DNA from: Eledone cirrhosa
Lineage: Eukaryota
Length of the DNA: 64,000 nucleotides
NCBI GenBank assembly: GCA_964016885.1
Contig: OZ024740.1
Coordinates: forward strand, 335,668,001 to 335,732,000
Direction of reading: 5' to 3'
This document shows positions 46,406 through 60,800 of this stretch, piece by piece (position 1 is the first letter of the stretch; each line of letters starts with the position of its first letter). The notes beneath the pieces are model-generated. The model worked only from the letters and a program-made list of their open reading frames with translations, was not told the origin of the DNA and did not search any database. Both the position numbers and the translations under genes were made by a program.

Positions 46406-47549
46406 AATTTCTTTTCTTTTACAACCTTGCCACCAGGAAGGTGGCCAGTCAAATATTTATTCGAAATTAAGAGAAAAAGAAACATACATACATACATACA
46501 TACATGCATGCATACATATATATGCGTATATGATGCGTTTCTGCGCGTGTATGTTTGTCCAATGAATACCATTTACCTTACAGCACGTAGGTGGTGCTGA
46601 GAACGATTATTTGAAGAGTGGTGTGCTAAGTTAAACAAAAGAAATACCTTGTTACTTCGCAGCACTAAGACTGAATTGTGCTTTCGCATACCAAAGAAGA
46701 AAATCTAAATTGAACTAACCATACCTTCTTTTCTTCACTCTATTATTTTCTAATCTTTTCGTCTGTCATTTCTGTCTCCTACACCATTTTCCTCTGCCAA
46801 TATCAACATCAATGATATGTGATTTTTTCCCTATTTCAGCTAACATTTCTTTATATACCAACTGATTCTCTTCTGCATTGATGCACTCATCACAGCTAAG
46901 CAGATTTCTTCCCTCCAGCTATAGTTGATACTCTAACCGATCAATGTTGCCTTTCGGTTAGAATACGCTATAGATTGTCAATAGATTTCTCCTTTTTATT
47001 TTGTTTCTTGCAAACTACTGTCGTGTGTTTTCTCTCTCCATTATTGTACCTTAATATTTTAACAACGCAATGGCCCAGTTGTTGATTTTCAGCGTAGTGT
47101 TCTTTACATTCGTTTCAGCTATTAAGCTAACTCTTATTTTTGTTTATTATTTCAGTTATGTTTTCTTTGTGTTATGTTTTATTTTATCATCTATTATAAC
47201 CCTTAGTTTATATGTATGCACTATTTCGCTTTATTTAACCATCTGATTACCTCGTTCTTCAATATTAATTATTCATTGTCTTCCCACCAAAAGAAATTTA
47301 ATAATTATATCGTCAAAAATATAAGTTTAAATTTTTCTATACAGTCTATAGCTTCTTTAATTTGAATTTAAATAGTGAGCAGTGGGTAATTATTGAGAGT
47401 ATCGTTAGTAAACCATATTTAACTAATCTGGGTAGAATTCTGTTGGGGCGAAATTGGGGATGGTAGTATATCACTTGTAACTAATACCCTCTCTCTCTCT
47501 CACTCTCTTTCTCGCTCTCTCTTTCTCTCTGCTGCCATTTACCAAACAT

Positions 47550-47900
47550 TAAGTTACCGTTACCTTTACCGATCCCGTGACCCTACAGAGTCGTTGGAAC
47601 ATTGCAGGATCGAGCAGTGTACCTAATCCCTCCATCTATCTAACCTGCAAGCCAGGATTTGGGTTGTCTCGAAGACTTCACCAGTCCACTCCCTGTTGTT
47701 ATCCGCCCACTTTTTCTTCTGACATCCTTACCTTCTTCTTTCCAGAATTGCTCCATCCGTTAGATTGTGTCATATGACCGTACAGTCTAACTTATTTTGA
47801 CAATAATTAATTAGCAGGCATTCATGGTTACCCATAAGCGCCTGATTGTCGTATGAATGCTTTCATTGCTTATGTTTTCCTGGAGCATATAATTATAGAG
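47550..47900 (-). mobile_element. RTE-like LINE 3' remnant
   Basis: Minus frame GCQKKKWADNNREWTG resembles the RTE C-terminal GRPRKxW.D.I.EW motif. Confidence 0.55.
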
Positions 47901-49352
47901 GCCTTTGAAGGACGAGACCAACGACCTCAGATACACCGGTGATGCCTATGGGCTAACCGATAAAAAATAGATCGCCAAGTATACCTCCTAGACCAAACTG
48001 CTACCAGATATTGAATGGGAAACAGCGCTGAAGTGACAAACGTAAAAAAACATGGCTGATATCAGAATCACTCACATCAAAATTTAAGTACCGAATGTAA
48101 ATTCAGTACTTCTGGTATTTTTTTCCGTTAGCAATATCAGTTAATGTTCCAAGCCCTTCTTCATAGCGAACATGTAGGTATTTTCCGTTGACAAATATCT
48201 ATGTGGCATTTTACTATCTCTATTATTGAGAAGATTCTCCGCAATTGTTCATCTGGTTATTCTTACTGAGTCATATATTTTCAGTTGGCAAAGCTTTTTC
48301 TTCATGTTAAGCATCTAGATATCCTATAATAATATAATATCCTACATGTTGACACCTGAGGAAAACGGAGCATCAAGCACAACATTCTTCCACAACATTT
48401 AGTTAAGTTTCATTTTGTAATCACAGCAACATACCATAAATACCTAGATTTCGTTGGTTAGCTCAAGATATTCCGGAATTTGACGGAGTCGTCTGTATGT
48501 AGGATAGCGCTTTCTCTTCTCCTTTATTTACAGTTAAGATCTCCATTAAACTGTTAACAGTTATTTATTTTAAACCTTGTGTTTGAGTTTTTTCGCACCC
48601 CTTCATATTATCCTATTCTTCTAGAAATGTTGGATAGTTTTATTCACGTACAGCTACTATAATACAGCTCTTCTACATTTGGGTGAGGATACTGTTAACT
48701 CCTCTCATTTTTAATACCTAAAGCCTAACAGTAATTAAAGAGGGACCTGGAAAGAAACTCAACAATATTTTTCCAGGGAATGTGGCAGAAGAAATTCGGT
48801 CTACTTTCATGTGGCAATGATAGCAATGATGTCTCAACTACTGATCTTATGTTCACTTTACATGTTTTGTTTACCTATCTGTGTTCCATGTGGTAAAGTT
48901 ATAGATACTTTTCAGCTATTCTAATATATATATGTGTATCACTTCTTGTATGACCTTACACTTTTGTTTTAAATTACACTCTAAAAAAAGAAAAGCAAGA
49001 AAATACCCATTGTAATATTTAGTTTTAGATGTACAAATAGAAGGGACGGTCACTGCAGGAAGACCTTCGATCATTGGTCTGATTAAATAACGATGAACTA
49101 AAGCTAAGTAATAACAGTGATAACTAATAAATGAACCTCTAAGTGCTCGATCGACCTGCATTGAATTTGATTGCTATTTAGAAAGATGCTATATACTCTC
49201 TAGCGACACTCATTCCTACATTTAAACAGTATTATATAAATGGATATATAACAATTGAAGAAGATTCTTAATGTATTAGACTGCATAGTATCAGAGCTAA
49301 AACTGAAAATGGACAATAGCAGCTGTCTTACAGCATAGCATTAATTATATAA

Positions 49353-49716
49353 GGCGGTGGATTGGCAGTATCGGTAGAGGGTCGGACGCCATGCTTTCCA
49401 GCATAGTTACGTCCCTTTACGATCTGAGTTCAAATCCCGCCGAGGTTGACTTTGCCTTTCATCCTTACGGGGTCGATAAAATAAAGTACCAGTAATGCAC
49501 TGGATAATTGCTGGCCTTGTGCCTAAAGTAGAAACAATTAATTATATAAGGCGGTGGATTGGCAGTATCGGTTGAGCGTCAGACACCATGCTTTTTAGCA
49601 TAGAGTTATGGCCCTTCGCGTTCTGAGTTAAATTCCGCCGAGGTTAACTTTGCTTTTCATCCTTATGGGGTCAATAAAATAAAGCACCAGTAGTGCACTA
49701 GCTAATTGCTGGCCTT
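49353..49716 (+). mobile_element. Two tandem SINE S1 copies (young 49353-49540, older 49550-49716)
   Basis: Young copy flanked by ATTAATTATATAA at 49340-49352 and 49537-49549. Confidence 0.9.
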
Positions 49717-49832
49717 AATTATATTGAGACCTCACACATGACATCGTGGAAAATTTCAAATGGACCTGCGTGTGATCTTCATATTTGATTTCATTATCTG
49801 AATACCATTTTTTAAACAATTAATATATATAC

Positions 49833-49887
49833 ATGTAAGTATGTATGTATACGTACATACATATATGTATACAGACGTACAGTAGCA

Positions 49888-49951
<64 letters not shown>

Positions 49952-50318
49952 CAGGTACACATATATATATGTACGTATCAGTTTAGCGAACGTTTATTAT
50001 AAGTATATACTTTCGAACGTTCAACTATCTGGCAGAAGGGTATACGGTGCTGATGATAGCTAACAAGCTTGAAACTAGTACATCGTTCCTGTGTCAGTGT
50101 TGAACAAAAAGGTGACGTGGTTGCCTTAACACCGTATGGCATAAATCAGGCTGTTCGCTTGTTTACAAACGAACAAAGCGGGCGTTATAATAAACGTTCG
50201 CTAAACTGATACGTACATATATATATGTGTACCTGTATGTATATATATATATATATATATGCATGCTACTGTACGTCTGTATACATATATGTATGTACGT
50301 ATACATACATACTTACAT
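49833..50318. mobile_element. Fold-back element with an HHR in the spacer
   Basis: Arms 49833-50002 and 50185-50318, each including a (TA)n tract. Confidence 0.8.
50044..50086 (+). ncRNA. Minimal type I hammerhead ribozyme
   Basis: ACGGTG CTGATGA T-AGCT-AACA-AGCT-T GAAA CTAG TA CATCGT; palindromic helix III; GUA triplet. Confidence 0.8.
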
Positions 50319-50380
50319 TTAAGTAAGTGCCGTACTAAGAGTGAGAAATGAAATTTCGTTTCATTATATTACAATATAAG

Positions 50381-50568
50381 GGCGGTGGATTGGCAGTATC
50401 GGTAGAGGGTCGGACGCCATGCTTTCCAGCATAGTTACGTTCCTTTACGATCTGAGTTCAAATCCCGCCGAGGTTGACTTTGCCTTTCATCCTTACGGGG
50501 TCGATAAAATAAAGTACCAGTAATGCGCTGGGTAATTGCTGGCCTTGTGCCTAAAGTAGAAACAATTA
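50381..50568 (+). mobile_element. SINE S1 with 16-bp TSD
   Basis: TSD ATTATATTACAATATA at 50363-50378 and 50565-50580. Confidence 0.92.
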
Positions 50569-52688
50569 TATTACAATATATATACACATTTATCAGAAGT
50601 CACTATCATTCTTTATAATAATGTTCTTGGTGTATTCTTTATCGCTAAGTTAGTTGTAACTGCACATACCTATGATTATCCATTCCTTCTCGCAAGAATA
50701 TGTAGCTAATACTAAAATATCCAACGCATTCTTGTGTTTTTTAAGACGTTAAGCGTGTACTTTGAAGGATATTTCGCTGTTATTTCTCGCTAGTAAAGCG
50801 ACGACGTAGATACCCTCTTATTGGTTTGCTTTCATGGGCAGTGTATTACTAAAAGAAATATTCTGACTAACAGAGGCTGTGACATATATTTGTATCCTTG
50901 GTTAAAGCCATTCCCCTCACTTATATCGATAATGTACTTTGGAATAGCATCAGAATATTTCATTTATCCTACCTAAAAATCAACTTAGCCCATTTACACC
51001 TAACATAATTTAATAAAGTGGCAATCATTGGTTGACTGTATTTTACTTAACTTACGCTTTGTTCTTTGGAAAGACATATATATTCCAAACCGCACTTCAT
51101 CTAACCTGAAAGCATAGAGATGTTGTTCATTGTAACCATTATTATAAGACAATATGTTTATTTTATAAAGTGACAGATTCATGGTAATAGTAAGGGCTGC
51201 CAAATTCTGCAGTATTTAGTTACATTCCTTTCCGTTCTGAGTTCAAATCTCAGTGGAGTTAGGTTTATTTCTCTGGAGTTGATACCGTGAGTGATAGTAA
51301 TGTCCTTGTTTAATGAAACGACTACATTTTGCCTAGAAATGTTTAGCTACGGCTCAGATCAATATTATCCGTAATGACTGGTGTAATGTACATAGATTGA
51401 TATAGAAAATACAATTGTTTAAAACACAAAGCAATATGAAAAAATATAAAAAACTCTACATAAAGATTCCATTGTAGCATTCTTCAAGAATAAAGTTGAT
51501 AGAAACTAGTAAATGAATATAAATAGTAAGCTTGTAACTCGTTACTTCAAATAGACATCCGTTGGTTACAATAGGACATGAATCCTCATCAATGAAAATA
51601 GTGTCACGCCCAACTTCGAAAGGAAAAATATTTTTGATGTAGTGAAACAAGTTACCGATTCACAAAACAAAGAACCCATCTTTTCCCCTACCTTTCCACT
51701 GTTCATAAAATCAAAAGGAATTAAAATTGATGTCTCTCAGAAGAGATCATAGAAAAGAAAACAATAAAAGACCAGTGAAACAGATAAAGAAGTAAAGATA
51801 CTTAAAAAATAAGAAAATTAGAAAAGATAAATATAAGATTATTGCTATGACTTCAGGTAAGCCCTTATCAACAATAATGGATGGGAAAATATAGTAGTGG
51901 TGTGTGACCTAGAAAGTCAGTGAGAAAGAGAGAGAGAAAAGAAGAGAGAGTGTTTTTGGAATAGATAGAGAGAGGTGGTTTGGAGGAGATAGAAAGAAAG
52001 AGAGTCCATATGCATGTTTGAAAGATAAACAAAATGTAGGAGAATATGTAAATTTCTTCTATACAATGTTACTTATCCCACATAGTGTTTTCTCTGTTCA
52101 TATATAACATAGGATAATGGCCATATATACAGCTGCTAAATATCTGCCAAAATATATCTTTGTTTGTTTGATTGAAATGAAATAAATTGCAAATGTCAAT
52201 CAATTTCCTTACAACAACCCCAACTCTGACCTCCGACTAGCCACGTGCGGCAATTGATATTCTGAGCCTGATATACATTTTCAATCTCTCGCTAAAACTT
52301 ACAGCTAAGTAATCACGCCATCTACTTCCGTTTTGTGATATTCAAAGAAGTGTAGCCACCATAATGATGTTCAATGTAAAATTGGCTCTGATATTCAACA
52401 AGGTGACACGACTTTAGTCCACGCAATTCAATTATAATAGAAACTATAATATTTTGTGTTTTCATCCTCATTTTCTCCCGACCCCGCTTATAGCACTTGT
52501 GTTACGTTCATGACAGATCAAAACCTAGAGGAATTAGCTTCCATTCACTATTCACATTTTTTCTCTGTTGTCTGTTTGTTTTTACCTTTGTTATTATTTG
52601 GTATTGTACGATACTTTTCCAATGAAACGCCACGTGGTGTATCTGATATTAGTGCCAGAAGTAACAACAATAGCAACAACAGCATAAA

Positions 52689-52702
52689 CAGTAGTAGTAG
52701 TG

Positions 52703-52765
<63 letters not shown>
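52689..52765. repeat. (AGT)n microsatellite
   Basis: Direct inspection. Confidence 0.95.
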
Positions 52766-52769
<4 letters not shown>

Positions 52770-53455
52770 CTACAACAACTATGACTACAGCAACTAATAG
52801 AAAACTAAACTAAAGAACCATAATAATAAAGACAAACAACGATGCCTACAAGAGCACCGCCATCAAACAAGCAAAAAAGATGTAAAACAACAGAATAGCA
52901 ATATCAAAACAAACGCATCATTAAAATTACAAAGACCGGTGACAGCAACGATAACAGGAACAACGGAACATATACAGGAGTGGCAGTAAGAGAAAGAATA
53001 AACAGATCAGAATTAAAAATAACAACGGCAATGAATAATATCATCAACAACAATAAAACAATAAGAGGAAGTGCAACGAAAAAAAAAACATTTAATGTTT
53101 GCTACTAAGTGTTTCAAAAGATTGATAAAGGTTGCATTTATATGGTTTTATATGCTATTAAAGCAATTTCGAAAAACGTAGAAAATTGTAATATCTGAGC
53201 TAGGTATTGCATGATATCAATAACTGTGGGATTAATTTATCGGGGTAGGCAGTCTGTTTTTATAGCAAACACTTAGAATGACAGTCTGTTAGTACTTTTA
53301 ATTTACGATTAATGTTGTCTCCTATACTTTCGATCCCAGTGATTTAGATATTGTAGTTTGATATACATTATCTACATATATACAGGAGAATCAGACTGTC
53401 TACATCTAAGTTACTATCTATCTGAATATGCGTATGCACGTATGTATCAAGTAAA

Positions 53456-53500
<45 letters not shown>

Positions 53501-53502
53501 AC

Positions 53503-53596
<94 letters not shown>

Positions 53597-53705
53597 GTTT
53601 ATATATATATTATATATATATATATATATAGAATTAGAATTTAAACGTTTGCTTTAACATAACCGATACATAAATGTAAATGTGGGTTATATAAAACAAC
53701 AAACA

Positions 53706-53707
53706 AC

Positions 53708-53796
<89 letters not shown>

Positions 53797-53852
53797 TACT
53801 AATATAATAATATAATAATATAATAATACCAATAATATAATAATATAATAAT
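53706..53852. repeat. (TAA)n microsatellite upstream of the Dong-like cluster
   Basis: Direct inspection. Confidence 0.95.
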
Positions 53853-56800
53853 ACCAAGAAATACCGGGATGGCGGCCGGCGGGGAATAGCCGTGTCTCTA
53901 GGGGAGAACGACCCTCTAGTTTTGGTTGACACTCGTTCTAGAAGTGGTAACACGAAATGATTACCCCTTGGCGGATAAGGATAAAACGCGACAAAATAAA
54001 GTAAATGTCTAATGATAAAATCTCATACCGGATCGGCCGTCACCCGGGTAAAAAAGGGCCGCGTCCCTCAGAGAGGAACTAGACTGGGGTCGAAAAATCA
54101 GCTAATGGTTCAAACCTTCCCATCACTTCGGAGCTGGAGACCTCCCATAACCGGAATACTCCTACTGTTGGCCCTCCATGCTCACCACCAAGAAATCCAA
54201 AGAAAAAGAGAGAAAAATGGTCAAGGGAAGATAATAAAGAAGTCCTTGAGGCCTTCTACACTGCCATGTACTACCCATCAAATACATCGAATACAGAACT
54301 GGAAAAAGAAACATCCCGAAAACAGAGGCTATATTGACAGTAACAAACTAGCCAATATACGAAGAAATATTGTAAAAAAAAAGTTACTAACTTATATAGA
54401 ATTTGATCAGATCAAGCTATTAGCACAAAGTCAGCGAAGGGAAAATGAAACATGTGTCAGTGAAAACGAGGTAAATTGTAACACTTCCAATCCCAGGGTT
54501 GGGGCGGAATCACTGGCAATATAACAAATTAAAGAAAGGATCGAAAAAGTGGAGGGAGAGCATGCTCAAGATGAAACTCCAAATGAAAATAATGGGATCG
54601 TAAATGATAAAGAAATGAATGAAAATGAACTTGCCAACTTGAAGGATGAAATTATGATCGAATGGATGAAAATGAAAGAATCTGACATGGGGCAACGAGA
54701 CACCCTCCCTAAGATCCAGAACTCCAAACAGAACCAAAAGATAATACACAAGACTAACATAATTCTCAAAAACATTATCATCACAAACAAACTAAACATT
54801 ACTGATTTAAATCATCTCTATTATGCATCGGCTAAAGTCACCACTCACTTATGTGGAGTGAAGATGAAAAAACAAAGGAATTACCACAAGAAATCTTCTT
54901 GGCAAGAGAACATCAATCGCCAAATAAACTTTCTCCGATCTGACATAGAAATTTTAACAAACTATAAAGTAGGTGAACATGTTAAACAAACTAAACTTAG
55001 AAAATTGAAAAAAAAGTATAGTATAAAATCAACAAGTGACATAGACATGCTGATAGAAATAATCAAGCAAAAAGTGTCGGCCAAAGCTGCTCGTATAAGG
55101 CGCTTTGAAAAACGATCTAGATTCTATAAGGACAATAATATGTTCAAAAACAAACAAAGAAACTTCTACAGAAAAATTGGTAAGACAACAATAACTGCTA
55201 AATCAATACCACCCAAGGAGGAAGTGCAAGAATTCTGGGAAAAGATCTGGGCCGAATAAAAAGTTCATAACATACATGCCCCATGGATATACAGACAAAT
55301 GAAAGATACAGCTCACCTTGAGGAACAAATATGGGAAAACATAACAGTTGAAAAGTTGCGCTTCGCTCTAAGAAAAACCTGCAAATGGAAATCCCCAGGA
55401 AAAGACAATATACAAAATTTTGGATAAATTCCTTCACAGAGTCTCATGAGCTGTTAGCCCAACTTTACAATGAAATAGTTAAGGAGCCAGAAAAGATACC
55501 ATCATGGCTAGTTAACGGCATTACATTCCTGCTTCCGAAGAATGATGAGACAAACAATCCCAAAAATTACAGACCGATAACTTGCTTGACCACAATGTAT
55601 AAAATTTTAACATCAGTCCTAACTGAATACACATATGACCACCTGATAACAAATGACCTATTTCCCATTGAGCAGAAAGGGTGTAAACGAGGCTCATATG
55701 GCTGTAAGGATCAGCTTTTGGTTAACAAAATGATACTGGAAGATTGTCATGATAGACACAACAATCTATCAATTGCTTGGATAGATTATAAAAAAGCATT
55801 CGATAGTTTGCCACACAGTTGGATTGAAAAATGTTTAGAGATTTTCAAAATATCCCCCGTTGTCAGGAGGTTTTTGTTATTCAGTATGAAGACATGGAAA
55901 ACGACACTCTTTTTGAATAGTGAAACAAAATCACTGGAAGCTGGAGAAGTTAATATTAATTGTGGAATTTTTCAGGGTGACTCTTTATCAGCGCTTTTAT
56001 TCTGCATCGCACTTATACCATTAAGTAAAATGCTCAGTGAAACAAAACATGGATATAGAGTCTATGACAAAACAATTAATCACTTGTTCTACATGGATGA
56101 CCTGAAACTATTTGCAAAAAATGATGAACAATTGCAAGGGCTATTATCCACTGTGAAGCAGTTCAGTGATGACATTAAAATGGAGTTTGGACTAGATAAA
56201 TGCGCCAAAGCAACGTTCACCAGAGGAAAGCTGCTGAAGAGTTCAGACATTAATCTTGATCGAGGGAACGTGATAAGAGAACTAGATCAAGAAAAAACTT
56301 ACAAATATCTAGGTGTTTGTGAAGGAGACGGAATCAAGCACTCGACAATGAGGGAAAGGATAAGGAAGGAATGTTACCGCAGAGTAAGAGCAATCTTAAG
56401 AACGGAATTGAATGCAAGGAATAGGATCGATGCCATAAACACGCTTGCCATACCAGTAGTAACCTACAGTTACAATGTCATCAACTGGTCAAGCACAGAG
56501 ATCCGTAGGCTCGATACAAAAATTCGAAAATTCTTAACCATGCACAGAATGCATCACCCTAGATAGAATATATCTCCCTAGGAAAGAAGGAGGACGTGGG
56601 TTAGTCCAGTTAGACATTGCGTTGAAAACTGCAACAATTGGATTATCTACATATCTAAGGGAATCACATGATTGGATGATCAAACTCGTTTTGAAACACG
56701 AAAGCATCAAAAGACCATATTCCATTACAAAAGATGCACAAAGATACAGTAATGGACTACAAATTTCAGAAGTCCCATTTACTGCTGAAATGGAAACACA

Positions 56801-57771
56801 GAAAGAGAAAAGCAGGTAAAAGTAACTGCAAAGAAAGAACTGCTACAGAAACTGGCTAAGAAATGGCAAGAAAAGCCTCTGTATGGAAAATACCCAGAGC
56901 GAGCTAACAATCCTGATGTTGACAAAACTTTAACCCATCAGTGGTTGGCATCCTCTGGACTGAAATTGGAGACTGAAGGACTGATTATATCAGCACAAGA
57001 TCAGTGTCTGCCAACAAAAAATTACCAAGCCAACATAATAAAAAATGGATGCAGCCCATTATGCCGTGTATGCAAAAAACAACCAGAGACCATTGACCAT
57101 ATAATTTCAATGTGCAGTCCTATAGCTCCAAACGAATACCTAAACAGGCATGACAGAGCTGCACAATACATACATTGGATAATGTGTATGCATTTTGACC
57201 TGCCCCATCAAAAGAATTGGTGGGAGCATCAGCCACCTCCCATACTTGAAAAAGATCACATCTCAATCTTGTGGAACTTTAGCATCCAAACAGACCGAAA
57301 AATAAATGCAAATAGACCTGATATAATATTGAAGGACTTTAAAAAGAGGGTATACCTGCTAATTCATATGTCCGTTCCAATAGACAAGAATGTATCTATA
57401 AAAACATTTGAAAAATTGAGCAAGTATAAGGACCTGGAGATAGAAATTGGCAAAATGTGGAAATTGAGAACTAAAACAATACCAGTGGTTGTGGGCGCTC
57501 TGGGAATGATACCTAAGGGGTCTAATGATTACTTATCGCAAATCCCAGGAAACCCGCGTATAGGAGAAATACAAAAGATAGTGCTAATGGGAACTGCCCA
57601 TATACTAAGTAAGATTCTGTCAATATAAGTACATCACAAGTCTAAACTCTAAAGATGCATGTGTGAGTATGTATGTTCTTTCTTGAACATGGCGGACCTT
57701 GTTGTCTCTTGAGGTCACTGGTTGTGACTTGGTAATAACTCGTATGAACATAAAGCAAGATAAATGCAACT

Positions 57772-57772
<1 letters not shown>
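53853..57772 (+). mobile_element. Near full-length R4/Dong-type RLE LINE (family A), frameshifted
   Basis: ORF pieces 54012-57628 contain NYRPITCL, EQKGCKRG, WIDYKKAFDS, GIFQGDSLS, FYMDDLKL, CRVC...HIISMC, RHD and RPDII; (TAA)n on both sides. Confidence 0.93.
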
Positions 57773-57823
<51 letters not shown>

Positions 57824-57825
<2 letters not shown>

Positions 57826-60800
57826 TGAAACTTATGCTTATTCATTTTTGGGGCCCTTTCTGCCCGTGTGTTTGTTTGTTTATGTGTGTCCGTATACAGC
57901 GTGGTGATAATGCCACACAAGGGCCAAGTGGGATGGCGGATCCACAGATGACTATGTAAACATACATTCGCCAATCCTCGATAAGAGTGTTTAAATATCG
58001 AACATAAACAGTTCGAATAACGGTGAAATGGAGACTAGAACGTCATGTGACAGACTCTCACCCAACAGGTGCCCCCTGGCTCAGCAGCAGGAACCTGACT
58101 GTCAACCAAATACTGCTGATGTTGGAGGAAGAAGAAGAAGGAAAGGGGCCAGAACCAACTGGACGAAAGAATTGAATAGAACTGTTATGCAATGCTACCT
58201 GAAAAGTAACCCCAAGGAGAGGGGCTACAGGAGACGGATGCATAACATCTGGAACGAGATTGGTTTATTTAAATTAGATGAACAAAAATTGGCCGGGCAG
58301 GCTCGGGTAATAAGAACTAATGGGTGGATAAGCGAGCTGGAACTGGAGGAACTGAGCAGAGAGAATGGCTTGGAGATGGCGGGTGTAGTATGCCAGACAA
58401 GCGAGCCGGCGGGAAATGAAGGTGAGGAGGTCCTGAGAACGGAGGAACCACCCGAAGCAGACAATGATCTGAATACTGAGATAAATAATACCTGGAACAG
58501 AGATACGGCCACTGAGGAGATGAATGCTGACGGGCTAGGACAAGATTCGGTTGACATCCTAAATTTAGTGGTAGATGAGTTGAACAATGATAGTGGGAGA
58601 CCTATGAACCTAAGATTTGTAGACAGGAAAAAGTTAAAAGAAACAACAGCTAAGGTAAACAAAGTCATCCCATACCTTGAGGCGAGGAGTCTTCACCAGT
58701 GCAACAATATCCTCAAAGCAACAGCAAATACGGTGAGGAAACTACTTGGTATAAAAGCGAGAGGAAACAACAGACAAGAAAGAGCAGAGCCGTGGTGGAA
58801 GAAGCGACTGAGTGGGCAAATCGGGGAAATGAGAAATGACATAGGAAAGCTTGAGTCACTACTGAATGGGACACTAAAAAACATAGGCACTAAAAATAGA
58901 CTGGAAATAAAATACAAAACTAGGAGTAAAAAGCTAAATATTATCATAGAGGAATTGAAGCAACGCATTGTAGCAAAGAGTGCCAAAATCAGGCGTTACG
59001 AGAACAGAGTCAGTCAGTATAAACAGAACCGCATGTTCGACAACAACCAGAAGATGCTGTTTGGACAGCTTGAGGGGAAAGAAAGAGGCAACGACTTGAT
59101 CCCTGGGGCGGAACAAGCTAAAACATTCTGGAGAGGAATATGGGAGCAGGATGTTAGACACAATGCCCAGGCAGAGTGGATTGAGACAGTACAGAGGGAG
59201 ATCGGTGAGCAGGCACAGCAACAGACTGATTTGAGTATCACAGTTGAAACTCTTAAGGGGCAAGCCAAAAAACTAACCAACTGGAAATCACCAGGCCCAG
59301 ATGGTGTGCAGGGGTATTGGATTAAACATTTAACATCCCTCCACCCGAAGCTGACGGCCATGTTCAATGACTGCTTGGTGTCGGGTGAGGTGCCAGAGTG
59401 GTTGACAAAAGGTACCACAGTTCTGATAATGAAAGACCGAATCAAGGGTAATGATGTTACCAACTATAGACCTATCACATGTCTGCCCGTAATGTGGAAA
59501 CTGTTGACGAGCATTGTGTCTGAGGAAATCTACCATCACCTCCACACAAACAACTTGTTGCCGGACGAACAGAAAGGATGCCGAAAGAAGTCACGTGGTA
59601 CAAAGGACCAGTTGCTTATTGATAAGATGGTAATGGGGAATTGCAGGAGGAGACACACTGATCTTGCCATGGGATGGATAGACTACAGAAAGGCATTTGA
59701 CATGGTGCCTCATTCCTGGATCACCAAAAGCCTGGAGATCTTCAGGGTGGCAGATAACATCAGACAGTTGCTGGGCAGGAGTATGGGGTCCTGGGAGACA
59801 GAGTTGACATCAACTGGAGTATCCTTGGGAAGCGTGAAGATCAAGAGAGGTATCTTCCAGGGAGATAGCCTGTCCCCTCTGTTGTTTGTCCTTGCCCTGA
59901 TGCCCTTGACCATTATGCTGCGAAAAGTGAGAGCAGGATACAAGTTGGGAAGGGGAGAGCTTACCATCAATCACCTCCTCTTCATGGACGATCTTAAGCT
60001 CTTCGGGAAAAGTGAGAAGGAGTTGGATGTGCTTGTTGACACTGTCCGTATTTTCAGCAGTGATATATGTATGCAGTTTGGTATTGGTAAATGTGGAGTC
60101 ATTGTGATGAGGAGGGGTAGGTTGAGCAGAAGTAACGGGATCCAGATACCAACAGGTGAGATGATAAAGGAAATTGACTCTGAGGAAGGATACAAGTATT
60201 TGGGCGTTCTGGAGGCTGATGGCATAAAGAACAAAAAAATGAAGGAATTGTTAAGAACTGAATACATTCGGAGAGTAAGGAGCGTATTGAAGTCACATCT
60301 GAACAGCAGAAATGCCATAAGCGCAGTAAATTCCCGAGCTGTGTCTATTATTAGGTACAGTGCGGGAATTCTGAGATGGAATGTTGCTGAACAAAAAGAA
60401 ATGGATAGGAAGACTAGGAAGCTATTGACTATCTACAACATGTTCCACAAGAGGAGTGATGTCGATAGACTCTACCTAAGGAGATCTGAGGGTGGAAGAG
60501 GTCTTATCAGCATAGAGGACTGTGTTCAGATGGAGAAAAACAACCTATACAAATACGTGACCTATAGTAAGGAGCCAATGCTCAGAGCTGTACTGAAGGA
60601 GGGGACAGTAGGCCAGGGGATACCCAAGGAGGAAATAACATCAAGGAGGAAGAGCAGCCTTAAGGGAAAATCCCTTCATAGTACCTTCTTTGAGAAAACT
60701 GAATTTAGAGATCCACAGACATGGAACTGGTTGAGAAGAGGAGACCTCAAAAAGGCTACAGAAGGAATGCTAATGGCTGCGCAGGAGCAGGCCCTCAAAA

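Noticed and set aside
51456-51650. Non-repetitive short ORF as a possible host exon
   Set aside because: No recognisable domain or convincing splice context
57836-57860. Sm-site-like ATTTTTGG suggesting an snRNA or SL RNA, and a twister-like TAATGCC...AAGT downstream
   Set aside because: No similarity to snRNAs I recognise; twister P4 cannot form and the motif is not kept in the 62722 copy
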